A stretch of 58,833 nt of DNA, filler included, from Sphacelaria rigidula (GCA_964200075.2; 9 parts of 9 records of this genome joined end to end with filler, not necessarily neighbours in it); one strand, 5' to 3'. Positions 1-12,491 are shown, counted from the first letter of the whole stretch. The notes: a model not told the origin generated them from the sequence alone. Made by a program: numbers and translations.

Positions 1-267
1 TTCAATACACAAACACCAAACGGGGGCCGGTAAATGACCAGAAAAATACTGTTGCGAATTTCTTCTGACCCTGTCACTAAACGGCCCATTATACGGCCAA
101 TACTTGGAGTTGGCCCCTGAAATTTGGTGGCACATGTAGGATACGCTCGTCGACACCGCAAACGGTTATTTGAGCACACCGCAGCAGCTCTCGCAGCGCT
201 CTGCTGCGGTGCCAGAACGCCTCCGCGAGTTTTATTGCCCGTGTCGGCGAATGGTGGCTAACCGAAC

Positions 268-368
268 ATCCTGATGATAGGCTGCAGGACTGTGCTGTAC
301 TGCTTACTACTGTACTGAATGCATCACGCGCTACTGATGGGGAGAGCTCGTCGTGAATATACGGTCAG

Positions 369-399
<31 letters not shown>

Positions 400-548
400 G
401 CACTGGTGGAAAAAGAAAAAAAAAACAGCGCAGCAGTAGAACTGACTGCTGTTTACGGGCTTTCAGTGCAGTAGATCGTGGTGCATCCAGAGCAGCAATG
501 CGCAGTACAGCACAGTCCTGCCGGCCACGTACAGTAGCATCAGGATAA
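268..548. mobile_element. Small foldback element (MITE-like) in a PFAS intron, containing a (CTG)n tract
   Basis: CAGGACTGTGCTGTACTGC (~285-303) is inverted at ~501-519, and ATCCTGATG/CATCAGGAT pair at the outer ends. CTG repeats lie at ~369-402. Confidence 0.5.
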
Positions 549-1068
549 ACTCTGCTTTGCAGAAAAAGACTGTTCTATCCGCTACATCGGCAATCCCTCG
601 CTTCTTTCATGCTCATACGACATGTGTTTGTCTGTCCCCTCGCACCAACTCTCACGTCTTGTTCCATTAATGAGCTTTATTCAAACTGCGAGTCCTTTCA
701 CATTTCCCCTTCCTCAAGTTCCCCTCCATGGAGGGTTCCGATTTTGTTCACTTTGGGTACAAATATTTTGTGGGTAATGATCAATCAATCCAGCCCGTAT
801 GAGGCCGAGACGGGGCACGCCGGGTTTTTGCCGGACCAGGAGGGGGAGGTAGGGGGGAGGTAAGCGGTGTCTTTCCCTGTTGCTTGTCAAATTTCTCCTA
901 CCATTGTATCGGAAACGAGGCTGAACACGCTCGTTCCAAAACAACGCGGCCAGGATGTTATGATAATGACAAGAGCGCTAGATGTGCATGGAGTCTGGGA
1001 TCCCAACAAAAATGTTGTATCTTCATCGCAAACTAAAATAGATGCAGGAGGGACACACTCAGGCTTGC

Positions 1069-1176
1069 CTTCGGAAGAGTGTCCTTGACGAGCCTGAACA
1101 GAGTGTTTTTCTGCTCTTCCCCGTCGATCACCATCTTTCCGGAGAAAAACCAGTGTCTTGAGTGTTCAGAGTTGGC
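1069..1176 (-). CDS. PFAS: Phosphoribosylformylglycinamidine synthase (FGAMS/PurL) internal exon, fourth of four visible
   Basis: Translates ANSEHSRHWFFSGKMVIDGEEQKNTLFRLVKDTLPK, with the conserved FGAMS motif (Q)xNSEHSRHWFF. CAG acceptor in phase 0; probable GC donor AAG|GCAAGC. Confidence 0.92.
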
Positions 1177-1479
1177 CTGAGCAGTGGTTATGCGTGTGTG
1201 TGAGTGCGTGTGCGGACGGAGTGTGGCGGTCGTGAGCCGAGGGCAAGGATGGAAGCAAAAATATACCAAGCATCAGGCATCAAGCATCAGAAGCTAGCCG
1301 CGACGAATAAGGCACAAAACACAGAACACGAGTCAAGAGGGCATAATCAGGATATACTTGCAGAGAGAAGGAGAGGGAGAAAGGAGGACAGACGGATAAG
1401 ACAGACAGAGATAGGCACACAGATGCAGGTAGACAGACACAGACAGACAGACAGGAACAAAGAAGAGAAAACGCTTCAC

Positions 1480-1596
1480 CTGACCCATGTCAAAGAGCTC
1501 GACGTCTGTGGGATCTCTCTTGAGCTTATCCCTGAACAAAGATAGGTAGAAGTCTAGATCCCATTCGTCGAACCCCAGCCCGCGCGTGCCGTTGAT
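1480..1596 (-). CDS. PFAS: FGAMS/PurL internal exon, third of four visible
   Basis: Translates INGTRGLGFDEWDLDFYLSLFRDKLKRDPTDVELFDMGQ (GLxFDxWDLxxY..RxPTxVELFD motif). TAG acceptor, CAG|GTGAAG donor, 117 nt, phase 0/0. Confidence 0.93.
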
Positions 1597-2024
1597 CTAA
1601 AGGTGTTTTGGGATAGAGAGGGGGCCAGACAGGCAGGGCCAGAGAGACGAACAGGCAGGCCGGCAGACAAAACGAGAGTGAGTAAGCGTGGGAGCGAGAG
1701 ATAGGAACAAGAACAGGGACAGAGCCAGGGAGGGGCAGAAGACGTCTAGTCAATCCTTCAGGCAAACAGCAAATGTCAGCAAATATGCTGTCCACGCCAT
1801 CTTGAAATCTCGCTTTGCTTCTAGGATGGGGGGCGTGCTGCAATTCGTCAGTCCAGAGCGAAATTGAGCGGTGCAACACCAGAGCCCTCCGCCCCCTCAA
1901 CGAATGTGGACCGTTATTCATGAGAAAATATCATGAAATATATGAACGACAACAAGACGGGGAAAATAAGAACTGCTGTGACGAGAGTGATTCAACAGTA
2001 TTGTTGACGGGTCTCGTTTTTTTT

Positions 2025-3230
2025 AGCAATGGCCTAGATAAGGCATACCTGCTCGTATTTTGCCTAAGAAAGGTATGAAACATGTCCACAAAAGCGAAAA
2101 CACCAAAACACACAAAGTAGACCGATCTCGCCGCGAATTCTTCACGCACAGCAATCGAGAGGGCCGTGCGACCCGGGCCTGGAAAAAAAACAGAAAAAAT
2201 CATGTTACTCGCGAGATATGGCCATGCGCAGAAGGACGTCTCGCCTCCAGAAATGACCTGCCCTTTCTAGACCAAATTTCGGCCACGTATTCCTGATCTA
2301 GGAATTATTTTTCAATCGTACCTTATCTGGGCCACCAGTCGGCCCAGAAAGTATCTGTCCTGGGCCATCGCTTCCCACACTGTACTTGATGCGGCACACT
2401 GCGCGCAAGGGAATCCACGTGCCAACTCTGACCATTGCGCCCACATATTCGGCTCTTTTCCCGCTCATCTGCCGTTCACGAACGCCACAACGACTACATC
2501 CCTCTCCTCGGAAATAGTTCCCGAGTCTCTCCGCATGGACTCGAGAACTGGACTCACAACTCACAACGCGTCGATCTTTTGCGCTCGCGGAGTGTTCGTG
2601 TTATGTAACATTGTGCTGCCAACGTGCCGTCGGTAACGAGGAAGGGTTATCACTTAATCGATGGTTGGTATCAGGAACGGATAAGAACCGTCACGCATAT
2701 CAGTAATAGCCTTCAGCCCCAAAGAGCAACATGCGGGGAGAAAGGGGTGTGGCCATTGTGGCGTTCGTGAACGGCAAATGAGCGAGAAAAGAGCCGAATG
2801 TGTGGGCGCAATGGTTAGAGTTGGCACGTGGATTCCCTTGCGCGTAGTGTGCTGCATCAAGTACAGTGTGGGAAGCGATGGCCGAGGACAGGTACTTACT
2901 GGGCCGACTGGTGGCCCAGATAAGGTACGATTGGAAAATAATTCCTACAGTAGATCAAGTATACGTGACCGAAATTTGGCCTTGGAAGGGGAGGTCGTTT
3001 CTGGAGGCGAGACGTCCTTCTGCGCATGGCCATATCTCGCGAGTAACATGTTTTTTTCTTGACTTTTTTCGCGGCCTGGGTCCCGCGGACCCCCCCCCGA
3101 TTGCTGTGCATGAAAAATTCGCGGCGAAGTCGGTCTAGCGTGTGTGTTCCGCTGTTTTCGCGTTTCTGGACATTTTCCGTACCTTTCTTGGGCAAAATAC
3201 GAGAAGATATGCCTTCTCTAGGCCATTGCT
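2025..3230. mobile_element. Non-autonomous foldback DNA transposon with ~480-bp terminal inverted repeats
   Basis: 2025-~2505 and ~2742-3230 are inverted copies (AGCAATGGCCTAG...CTAGGCCATTGCT) around a ~235-bp unique core. No transposase; TSD unresolved in the T-rich flanks. Confidence 0.85.
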
Positions 3231-3748
3231 CTTTTTTTCTCGTCAAAATCTCCGAATCTTTGAGGGAAAAGAATCTCCGAAAAACCGAGAGCAAATTTCT
3301 CAACCATGTCAGGCAGTACACCAACTTAATACTGACCACATATTTATCTGAAAATCTGGCGTCGCCAATATTTTTCGGACGATTTGGTTCAAGGAGAAGC
3401 CGAGAGAAAAAAAATCGGGAAAAGTCGAAAAAATTGCCCCGATGATGAGATTTATCGAGAGGACAAAACAGTGCAACAATAGAGATTTACCATGGTTGCT
3501 TTGACTTGCATGAAGAGGCCGCAAGCAGGGGAAGGGACACGGTTGCAAAGCAGAAAAAAATTGAAAAAAACTCGTGACTATGCTTCGTGGGTCACTCACT
3601 CCCTTCCGAACGAACAAAAGGTATCTGTTCCGAAAGAATGGACACGAACAACGTCGTACCGCGGTCATCCTGAAAATAAAGCTGACGTCTCAAAGGCAAA
3701 TCTAGGAAGACGCAACATGCATATATGTATGAAGCACCGAAATAGGTA

Positions 3749-4296
3749 CAGTAGGGGGCGGTCTAACTATTCAGGGGTGTTTTGGGGGTTTTCTCGCGTA
3801 CTACTCTTCGATAGAACTCAAAATTGCTAGCGTGGGTAGATTTTGGTACAAGCAACAGATTATCCTCCAAACACAATGCCAACGTCAGAGTTAGTTGGTG
3901 TCATCGGGCAAAAAAAGTGAATTCCTCAGTCATCAGGAGGGTGTTATTGGCCGTGAAACACAGTTTTTCGGCTCTAGTGCCGTGAGTAGGCATATATATA
4001 CTTCTTAAAATGTACATTTCTTCACAAGTATGATCGTGAGAGGCTCGATCGACCGAAAATACCGAGGAGTAAGAATCTGGGCTGAAACGTGGCGGGACCC
4101 CCGATGACCGGTCAGTCCGTAACTCACTCAATATTGGGTACGTGTATTTTTTCGTTCTCGGAATGTGAAGCGGATACAAATATCTTCAGATCAACAATGT
4201 GATACGCGGTAGCAAGCGAAAAGAGCCCACGAAAATCGCCAATTCCGAAAAAATCACAAAATTCCAAAAAATGAATAGTTAGACCGCCCACTGCTG
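3749..4296. mobile_element. Tc1/mariner(pogo)-type MITE
   Basis: 24-bp TIRs CAGTAGGGGGCGGTCTAACTATTC / GAATAGTTAGACCGCCCACTGCTG (2 mismatches), flanked by TA on both sides. Confidence 0.85.
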
Positions 4297-4470
4297 TAGC
4301 TCCAGCTTCATCAGACTGAACTGCAGCTTCCTCTTTCTATCACCGAACCTCCCCCGGGACACGCAGAACCGAAGGATAACAAACCCAAGTGGAGGAAATC
4401 TTAATTCTCAAAACTAGCAGTATTAGTAATTGAATGGATGATAACCGATATAAGGGTCTGCTTCCCTCAC

Positions 4471-4558
4471 CGCGATCAGCGCGTCACGGCCCTCGGCTAG
4501 AACGGGAACGACAACAACGGATTGCGGCTCCTCGCCCCTGTGAAAAGTCTCCACGGGC
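4471..4558 (-). CDS. PFAS: FGAMS/PurL internal exon, second of four visible
   Basis: Translates (E)PVETFHRGEEPQSVVVVPVLAEGRDALIA. AAG acceptor, GTGAGG donor; phase 2 start matches the upstream exon and phase 0 end matches the next. Confidence 0.88.
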
Positions 4559-4792
4559 CTTGGTGCAGCAATTGGGAGAGAAAAACAGACAAGACGTTTT
4601 GGGGAGATATTCAGCGGTCGAATTAGCAAAAGCAATAGCGGTAGCAGTTGCAGTAGCAGCAGCAGCACAACAAGAACAACAACAACGACAACAAAGGGCA
4701 TTTTGAGGGAGCAAATGCACAACTTGATGTATCACACCGTCACATCAGACTCACTCCAGACAGACGGTATCGACTATCATCTCTTCACTCAC

Positions 4793-4899
4793 TCGGGATA
4801 CTCCATCTCAGTCATTCTGTCGTGGACCAGGGCGAGCAACGCCTCCTTCTCCTCCGTAGTAAGCTCACGCTCAGAACTTACCAGAAATCGTCGAGAAAT
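4793..4899 (-). CDS. PFAS: FGAMS/PurL internal exon, first of four visible
   Basis: Translates ISRRFLVSSERELTTEEKEALLALVHDRMTEMEYP, with the HDRMTE motif of the PurL N-terminal domain. CAG acceptor, GTGAGT donor. Confidence 0.92.
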
Positions 4900-5149
4900 C
4901 TGCTTTCGAAAAGACAACAGCGGAACAGTACGTGTTTCCCCCTCCAGAGCGCCAAATACCATGTGTCACGCATCGAACTCCAAATCCATCCTAGATCAAC
5001 CGACTACCGGGGCTTTGTGAGATGGCTCGATCACACTTGATACAGCGTTAATTTGATGTTCAGGCCTCGAGACGATTCCTTTTTTCTTTCTTCAAATTTT
5101 GTCAAGATTTTGTACACTTTTCTTATCAGTCACTCCAGTCGTGAAATCA

Positions 5150-5955
5150 TACGAGTAATGCGTCGTTGAAAAGTCGCAATATTCGCAAGACCCGCGGTGA
5201 GGGGGGAAATGTGTGATTTTTCTCCACCTGAAGTGCTGTTGAGGTGACCCCTGCTCAACGTGGTTGTGCTGCCTAGTATTCGAGGAGCACAAAGTTTCTC
5301 GCTTTGTTTTGTGACTAGGGATGAGTGGCGGTAGCCCCGTTAACACGGGAACCGATCTACCCCCGTCTTCTTTTATCGGTTTTTGACTGTCCCCTTGGCG
5401 TGTGGACTCGCGGTGTTCTCGCTTGTGATCCTGCAAATGTCCTACTGTGTCCTTGGCTTTCATGTCCGTCTCTAGCTGTTTCACTAAGTGGTACACAGCA
5501 GCAGTTTGGTGCCTTGCTTCTGTGGGGCTCATGGGTGAGAACTCATGCCGAAACAGTATGACTCGAAAAAGCCGAGCCGTCGTCTGGTTGCTTCCACAGC
5601 CTGTTTGCTTCGTGTGTGGGTGCATGCGCTTCTTGCGCACGGCCTCCTCCACCTGTAGCCGTGCTGCAGGGGCTAGCCATTTCCAGATGTCTTTCGTTTT
5701 TTTTTGTTCAATTTCTCTTCATCGGAACGATTTTTCTTTCTTTCTCTGTTCTGGTTATATTCGCCGTTGCTATCCTCTTCTTCCGTTCTCCTGCTTGTCT
5801 TTGCCTATTCTTGTTCTTCGGTGCACCCCGATCTCTCGGACTTTTTGTTTTTTCCACATTTTCTTCTCTACAGCAAATGTTGACCTTCTGTTCCCCTCCA
5901 GTACGTCTATCTTGTGGATAATAATACGGTTGGGTCTCTCGGGGATTAGTTATAG
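5150..5955 (+). mobile_element. Heavily decayed 3' remnant of a chromodomain-type gypsy element (tentative)
   Basis: Fragments RKTRGEG...W and YTAAVWCL..G..RN loosely echo the Pol tail at 47416-48000. They are followed by a T-rich tract and a short purine run (GGGGATTAG) before TATAGT. Confidence 0.3.
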
Positions 5956-6449
5956 TAATGCTACGCGACAACCAATTAATTAATCAAACAATCAACCAAT
6001 TCATCAATGAGCGAGAAAATGAAGGCAGAGCGGATCACGCAGTATGATCTCATGGGTGATACAGGAGCTCCTTCACAGCAGTGTCGGGGTCACCGGCATC
6101 GAAACGGGCAACCAGCGTTTTCGTTCCGAAATGAGGTCTGATTCGGTATCGATCCAAGCGGTTGTTAGAGTCATCCTACGATAGAGGGGGGGGGATATAT
6201 TGGGCCACAACTTGCACGAAATTCGAAGGCAAATCGCCGTTGAAATCAGCATCGGTTGCTCGAACGAGCTTGTTATAGATAAATAACGCTCATGAATACC
6301 GATTGACATCGTTCTGAACCAAATACAAGCGCTTCGCGAGTGTGGCAGGTCATCTGACACACTTATGAACCTTTTTTTTTTGTGCAATCAAATAACACCC
6401 CCCCCCCCCCCCCCCCGCCCTCCTGAGCTCACGGCAAAAACAAAACCCC

Positions 6450-6549
6450 NNNNNNNNNNNNNNNNNNNNNNNNNNNNNNNNNNNNNNNNNNNNTTAATTA
6501 ATTAANNNNNNNNNNNNNNNNNNNNNNNNNNNNNNNNNNNNNNNNNNNN
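6450..6549. other. Artificial contig spacer (N44-TTAATTAATTAA-N44). Same spacer at 12999-13098, 19547-19646, 26095-26194, 32643-32742, 39191-39290, 45739-45838 and 52287-52386
   Basis: Eight identical 100-nt spacers with stops in all six frames, separating segments of 6449, 6449, 6448 (x6) and 6447 bp. Confidence 0.98.
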
Positions 6550-6865
6550 CGGTGGCCCAGATAAGGTACGATTGAAAATGAATTCCTAGATCAAATATAC
6601 GTCGGCGAAATGTGGCCTACAAAAGGTAAGCGGTTTCTGGAGGCGACATGTCCATTTTCGCGTGCCAATATCTCTCCATTAACATGTGTTTTATCCGTAT
6701 TGTTTCGAGTCCCGGGTACCAATTCCCCCCCCCGAACGATGTGCGTAAACATTCTGGAGCGGAAACGGTCAAAACGGCGTGTTTGGCTGTTTTCGCGTTT
6801 CTGGCCATTTTTCGTACCTTTCATAGGCAAAAAACGAGAAGGTATACCTTTTCTAGGCTGTTGCA
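6550..6865. mobile_element. One arm of a diverged member of the 2025-3230 foldback family, abutting the copia remnant
   Basis: Colinear with 2910-3230 (GGTGGCCCAGATAAGGTACGATTG ... TCTAGGCTGTTGC). Confidence 0.8.
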
Positions 6866-9385
6866 CTTTGAAGACGCTCCTCCTGATTCTCCACTCGGCA
6901 TAGCTTCCGCCGGCTAGCTCTTCCCAGGCGATGCAGGCCCTGACCCGGCGCGTAAGCGCAGATCACGAGCGGAATTTCGCAGATTTTCTCCAAGGATTTC
7001 CGAAGTTCGTTGGAATCCGATCCCGATAGATTGATTCCCGCAATGTGGTTGAGCGGCGAACTAAGGTCAAGGCGTGAAGTATAGTTCCTCACGTATCTCA
7101 CAAATTGGTCACAGTCCTGGTAGGTGAAACCAGTGTCGTTGAAATCGCTCGTCAATTCCGGAGCCCGCAGGGGAGCGATGAAAATGAAATCCCTGCTCTC
7201 TCCCCCACCTTCTTCTTTGCTGGATTATAGATCCCCAACGACTTGCTGTTCATGCTGTACCCACAGAGCCGTCCTTCCCAAGCCTGGGAGTCGAGTTTCT
7301 TGGTGTGCGTTTCACCGTGAACAAACGCCCTGGCCCAGATGACCCGAAGATGTCCAGGTTTGCTTCCTTTGCCGCAAAAACGTTTGTACAGCGTGACATT
7401 TCCCAGTGCTCCGTGCGGAACCCGGTTTGCTAGGTATACCGCGGTTAGCATGAATTCTCCCCACAGAAAGTTCGGCAGGCTGGAGTCCGTGAGAAGGCAG
7501 TGCACCATCCCGGCGAGAGTCCTCCCGTCCCGCTCGCATGCACCAATCTGCTGTGGTGTGTTTGTTGAGGCGAACTCGTGTCGAATGCCAGTCTGAGGAC
7601 AGTAATCCTTGAGCGCATCACCGGTGTACTCTTCGCTTCTATCCGTGCAGAGACCCTCGACTCGCAATTCGCTGGGAACTACGAGCGCTTGCACGAACAT
7701 TTTGAGAGAGTCGGGAAAGTCGCTCTTGCCCTTGATGAGGAATATCTCCTTCCACTTGGTCACCTGGTCGGTGAACTTGCTGAAGTAGGTGTAGCCCCCC
7801 CAACGCGGGAGGACTGACGGGCCCCATAAGGTCAGTGTAGACTAGTTGAAAGGGGCGGGTGACGTTGTAGGTAGCTTCCTTGGGGTGAGATCATTGTGTG
7901 CTTTTCCCGATGGCACAGACATCGCAAGCTGACACATCCCCGTCGTAGTTGACGCCGTTGCCGTCCACCTTCTTCAAGACATCCAGACTCCTGCGGTTAA
8001 CGTGTCCCAAATGCCGGTGCCACAGGTTAGCCGACTCTGCTCGCATGGCCGTTCCCGTTGTTACACCCGCCAGATCCAACGGAAAGGAGTACACCAGTTC
8101 GTCGCCCCCAAGCAGTTGTAATGGCAGAGTGATGCTTCCCATTTCCAGGCGCGATTGAGCAGAGTCGAAAATAGTAACAGCCCCCATGTTTGATGCCGCA
8201 GCTACTGAAAAGAGGTGCTGTCCCAGACCAGGTACGATGATGACCGAGAGTGAAACCGGGTGCTTCTCGCCGTCTTGGTCGATGGCAGTACCAGAAATGG
8301 TGCCCGTTGTGACACCTTCTACGATGTGCTCACCAGCGGTAACAATCCTGTGAGGCTGCTTCAACTTCGCTAGGTTTGTCATCGAGTGTTGAAGTCCGGG
8401 AGCGAGCTCGCTGTTCAGGTAGTGTGCAGATGCACCGCTATCCACCAGCATGATCAAAGGTGTGCTGTTGATGCCGTCCCCATGTGCCCCACCGAGCCCA
8501 AAGCCATTGGCGTAGCCACGCGCGACTCCCCATCTGGAAATTCGCCAAACGCCCGAAATAAACCCCCGAGTATCTGCAGTCCGCCGCTCAAGTGTTTTCT
8601 CCGGCGCCGGTCCAAGAACGAAGACTGACTTGTCGGGCTCTTCCAGCTTCTTGGATTCCTCCGCTATGTTCGCGAGCGTAGTCCCGACAGATGTGAAGGA
8701 AAACTCAAACGTTGGCTGTTCGGGTTCCGCTGTCTGGGCAATTTGCGCGCTGCCGATGTTGGCGAAGTTGATGCTGCAAGCTTGTTTCTTCTTCGTAGCC
8801 TTTTGCTTGAAGCACTGCTCGTCCCTGTGGCTTTTTGTCTTGTGTAAAAAACACCACTTGAAATTTCCGTCTCCCCCTTTCTTCCAGTGGTTTTTCTTTT
8901 GCCTCTGCTGTCGTTGGTGATCCTGTGATCTCCGTCGCGGAGGTTCAGGGCATGTGTTACGATGGTGCCCATATTCGTCGCAGTTAAAGTACTGGATGCT
9001 GCTGAGGTCGCCGTGCGCCGCCTGCATGGTCACGCCGCGGCCCACGATAGATTTTGTGGAATTGCGAGAAATGTTGTCGATGAACATGTTCCGCATGGTG
9101 GACTTTATTTCCTCCAACCCGTAGTTGCGGTCGTGGAAGCTAGTCTGTCGTACAAAGTCGTCGTCATTCGTGATGGAGTGCAGAATGATGTCCTCGCAAG
9201 GCTCGTCAGAGACAACCTCTCCCATGTCATGCAGCCGGGTCCGAAGGTCGTCCACTTGGTAAAAAACGTCCTCGGGATCCTGTCCATGCTGCATCCTTGT
9301 ATTGCATAGCCCGTCGTAGCACGCTCGTCGCGTCTTTTTCGTGTAGCTGTCATATTTTCCCGGAAGGGCTTTCCATTCACGAGGA
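6866..9385 (-). mobile_element. Truncated, frameshifted Ty1/copia retrotransposon (gag-PR-IN; no RT/RNase H or LTR visible)
   Basis: Gag with a degenerate knuckle (FNCDEYGHHRNTC), protease LVDSGAS, GAG-pre-integrase LWHRHLGH..CDVCAIGK, and integrase core TDRSEEY..TPQQIGACER..TAVYLANR. The PR-IN order is copia-type. Confidence 0.93.
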
Positions 9386-10169
9386 GGTGTCAGAAAAATC
9401 TAGACGATGTAGTCTAGATTCATTTTGTTTGAATGGAGTTGTTGCAACAAAAGATAGCGGTACAATCTGTTGCGTTTCAACGAAACAACGAACCACGTAA
9501 GACCGTTTCATTAGTATCCTTTTCACGGAGAGTACCTCTTTTGTGGTGATTTATAGTCTACCTGTGTGAAAGACGTTTCAGGTAGGATACTGCGACAGCA
9601 GGCGTGTTACCATGATTTGTCAATGAAAGATACTCTAGCAAAGTATTTAGGCCACGTAAGCTACAGGATATCTTGTGTGCAACTTTGCAGTCAACCTAAG
9701 CTAGCAAGGCTACCGCGTCAGCAATAGAGAGGTTGAGTTGAATGATACAATTAGACCTTACGTACGTGTAGAGTGTTGGATTCTTCTTCTCGAAATGAGC
9801 ATGGTTGTATTCGGTGGTCTATCGCCCTTGCAATCACTCTCCCAAGCTTACCAAGCTTACCCAGCTCTTCTTCATTTCCTCAGCACTCTGCTTGCAAAAG
9901 AGGCTGCCTTGATTTTGTTCGGCCGAAGTGAAGAGCCCCGAACACCATTTTTGTCTCTTTGGACTTTCTGTCTGCTGCAGAAGCAAGTGGTTTGACTACC
10001 ACTGTGCCACCTCTGCTGACCAACTGTCTCTGCGACGGTAGTCGATCTGTTTCGAGAACAGTACCAAACCACCAAATATTTCCAACATTGTGCAGTATCT
10101 TGGATCCCAGCTGATCAGACCGGTATTCAGTCTCAGACGGGTTGACTCAGAATTTCTCATAGCCTGTAG

Positions 10170-10312
10170 AATTCTCGACACCGATCTTCGAAGCTCGCTT
10201 GTGTTGGATGCTCGAAGACGTCGCTCCCCGACATACCCCGCACTAGCGCCGCGTTGAAACGATGGCTCAAAACCTGTTTGGATGTGTCGCTGTACACCCA
10301 CAAGTGGCTGCA
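10170..10312 (+). CDS. Candidate upstream exon of the DUF4470-like gene
   Basis: AG...GT-bounded open frame NSRHRSSKLACVGCSKTSLPDIPRTSAALKRWLKTCLDVSLYTHKWL. No diagnostic motif, and its phase link to the next exon is unconfirmed. Confidence 0.3.
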
Positions 10313-10765
10313 GTAGGCTGACGCTAGCAGATGTTAAGCTGCCATGCAAGCTGTTGCTCAACTGTGCAAGACGAAATATGTGATGTTAAATGGGCGCTTA
10401 TAGCCAACACAGACTTGCAGAGTACAACGATGGAATGTCGAAGTCCAGTTGAGAAGTTGGAGAAGGGAAGAGTGAAAGAGTAGGGCTCGCGATGTGCTCG
10501 TGAGTTCTCTTGTGCTCCTCTTCTCAAGTGTTCGTATCTCAATCCTGTCAAAGATTCTCGATCGTACCGGACCGTTTCTCAGACCGATCTACGGTATACG
10601 AGGTACTTGTTCTAAACTTACTCTAGAACATTCGTATATTCGTATATTCGACGTTTCAACCGACAGCGGTTGCTCCGCTTAAACACCAAACGACACGTGT
10701 GACATGCGCTATGATACTGAGCATTGCTTAGATAGTCTATGCCAAAGTCTATCCCTAACAAATAG

Positions 10766-11353
10766 CTGCTGATTTATTGTGGAGAATACTCGTGCCCACA
10801 GTCGTGCTACCGCTCTGCCCCGTTCTGCATTTCGTGTGGGAAGTGGCCTCGTGGAAACTATGGCCAGACGATAGGCAAGATGGATATGGAAAGCGTGCTC
10901 CGAGGGTCACCAACATCCCCGAATGGATAGTTCCATCTGGTGGGAACGTCTCGAAGAAAGCACGCAAGCAGCTGCAGGATGCTTGGCTTGGCGCTGCACT
11001 TGACCAGCTGGCTCAGGCATGCGGGTCGTTTCTCGATGTCACCACCTCCGTCCCAACCTCAAGTACAGGTGGTAAAGTGACCAGAAGTTCTCCACTTGTA
11101 CGCATCGTTGTGAACGTGGGCGACGCTATCAATTTCTGCGATGCTCTGGCTACAGCAACAAATGGCTACTCCGGCGAGGAATCGGGCACGCACGGAGAAT
11201 CTGCGGGCGTCGGAGTTACTTTTCCCCCGGTGGCGTTCCAACAAGGTTCCGTCCAACCCATGGTTCTACGAGCAGAGACCTTCAACGAAGCGGGCGAGGT
11301 GTTCGGGCCCGCGTTCGATGTGATTAACACCAGCAACCTCGTCGACCATCTCG
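10766..11353 (+). CDS. Exon of a DUF4470-type (often zf-MYND-associated) protein
   Basis: Motifs VGDAINFCDAL and FDVINTSNLVDHLG match the family pattern as I recall it (GDAxxFCxAL...FDVIDTSNLxDHxG). TAG acceptor, phase-1 donor G|GTGGGT. Confidence 0.7.
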
Positions 11354-11912
11354 GTGGGTCGTGCTGCAGCATATACGAATTACTAGCGCCTCTACAGGTA
11401 TGCATGTAGCAACACTGCTCAGCATGAATAATATCGCTCCGTTCCGGTTTTTCCTTATCCCGACTGAGTGTAATGTCGCACCCCGTCAGTCGCAGAGAGC
11501 ATATCGCGTATAGCTCTATTGAACCAGCGTTGTTGCCTAAAATCTCGCCAATGGAGACAAGGTACACAATGATATGGTCATATCTGTACATGAATAAGCT
11601 GCTAGAGTAGCGCATTCTGGTGCCTGGTGAGAGGGTGAGGTGTACAGTTTAGTCTCGCTGCTTATTGCGTGCCCCAGTCCTGGCTGCGCCCGCATACGCG
11701 ACGCGCGGAGTCGGGGGCACCATACTAGTTCTGAACACGCTGAATACACGTGAGCAGTCACGGGCACATTTTACTGTGTTTTTCCCGCCTTCCGCCGATC
11801 TCGCCGCTTCTGGCCTTTCTTTTCTCTATACATATTAACTGCTACTTCGTGTCTGCTTCCGCGATATTTGTACGAGCTCCTCAATACATTCATGTGTGCA
11901 TCCGATGTCCAG

Positions 11913-12083
11913 GCATACTCAACGTGCTCGTGGCATCTACACCGTTGCTCAAGGCGCTGAAACACTCCGTGATTTTAACCAGCCGCATGTCATCGACCAT
12001 CATGCTGAAGTACTACACTGACGTGTCAGAGTTCTACAAGAAGATGCTCTGCATGGACACTCACGCTGCTTCGCTGCTGTTCG
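11913..12083 (+). CDS. Next exon of the DUF4470-type protein
   Basis: CAG acceptor in matching phase gives (G)ILNVLVASTPLLKALKHSVILTSRM...MLCMDTHAASLLF(G), continuing the DHxGxLNxLVAxxPLL...LCxD..SLLxG pattern. Donor G|GTATGC. Confidence 0.72.
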
Positions 12084-12491
12084 GTATGCTGTCTTGTTTA
12101 CTCGAAAGTCATGTGTGTGTTGTCATCCCACCTATTGCTCGGAACGAATTTATTCAGTATCTGCTTCCTTGGTGGGTTGGTATGCCGCAAAATCGAGGCT
12201 ACCAAGATTGAGAAGGATCGCGGTCGATTCAGGCGATTTCTAGGCGAATCATCATTCAGAAAAATAGCCGAGATATAGTACGACACCAGCAGGAGCCGTG
12301 GTCAAATAGAAATCCTGTATTATAGTGCAGAGTCTACGTGAAAGGGCTGCCCACCGAAGATATCTATCTGTGATCTCACCTCAATTTGGAATGTTTGGAT
12401 ATCCAGGGCGAGTTTCCATCTAACATACGGGTACTAGGTACGTGTAACGTATGTATGCATCAGGAATCTGGAGTCCGTCTGAGATATGTAC

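Noticed and set aside
2060..3445. Overlapping short ORFs on both strands of the foldback elements (also 29880-30549 and 42739-43685)
   Set aside because: They are mirror-image products of the inverted repeats and contain no protein motifs.
6494..6505. Recurrent TTAATTAATTAA at regular ~6.5-kb spacing as a biological motif
   Set aside because: It is always embedded in N runs and is a six-frame stop linker added during assembly.
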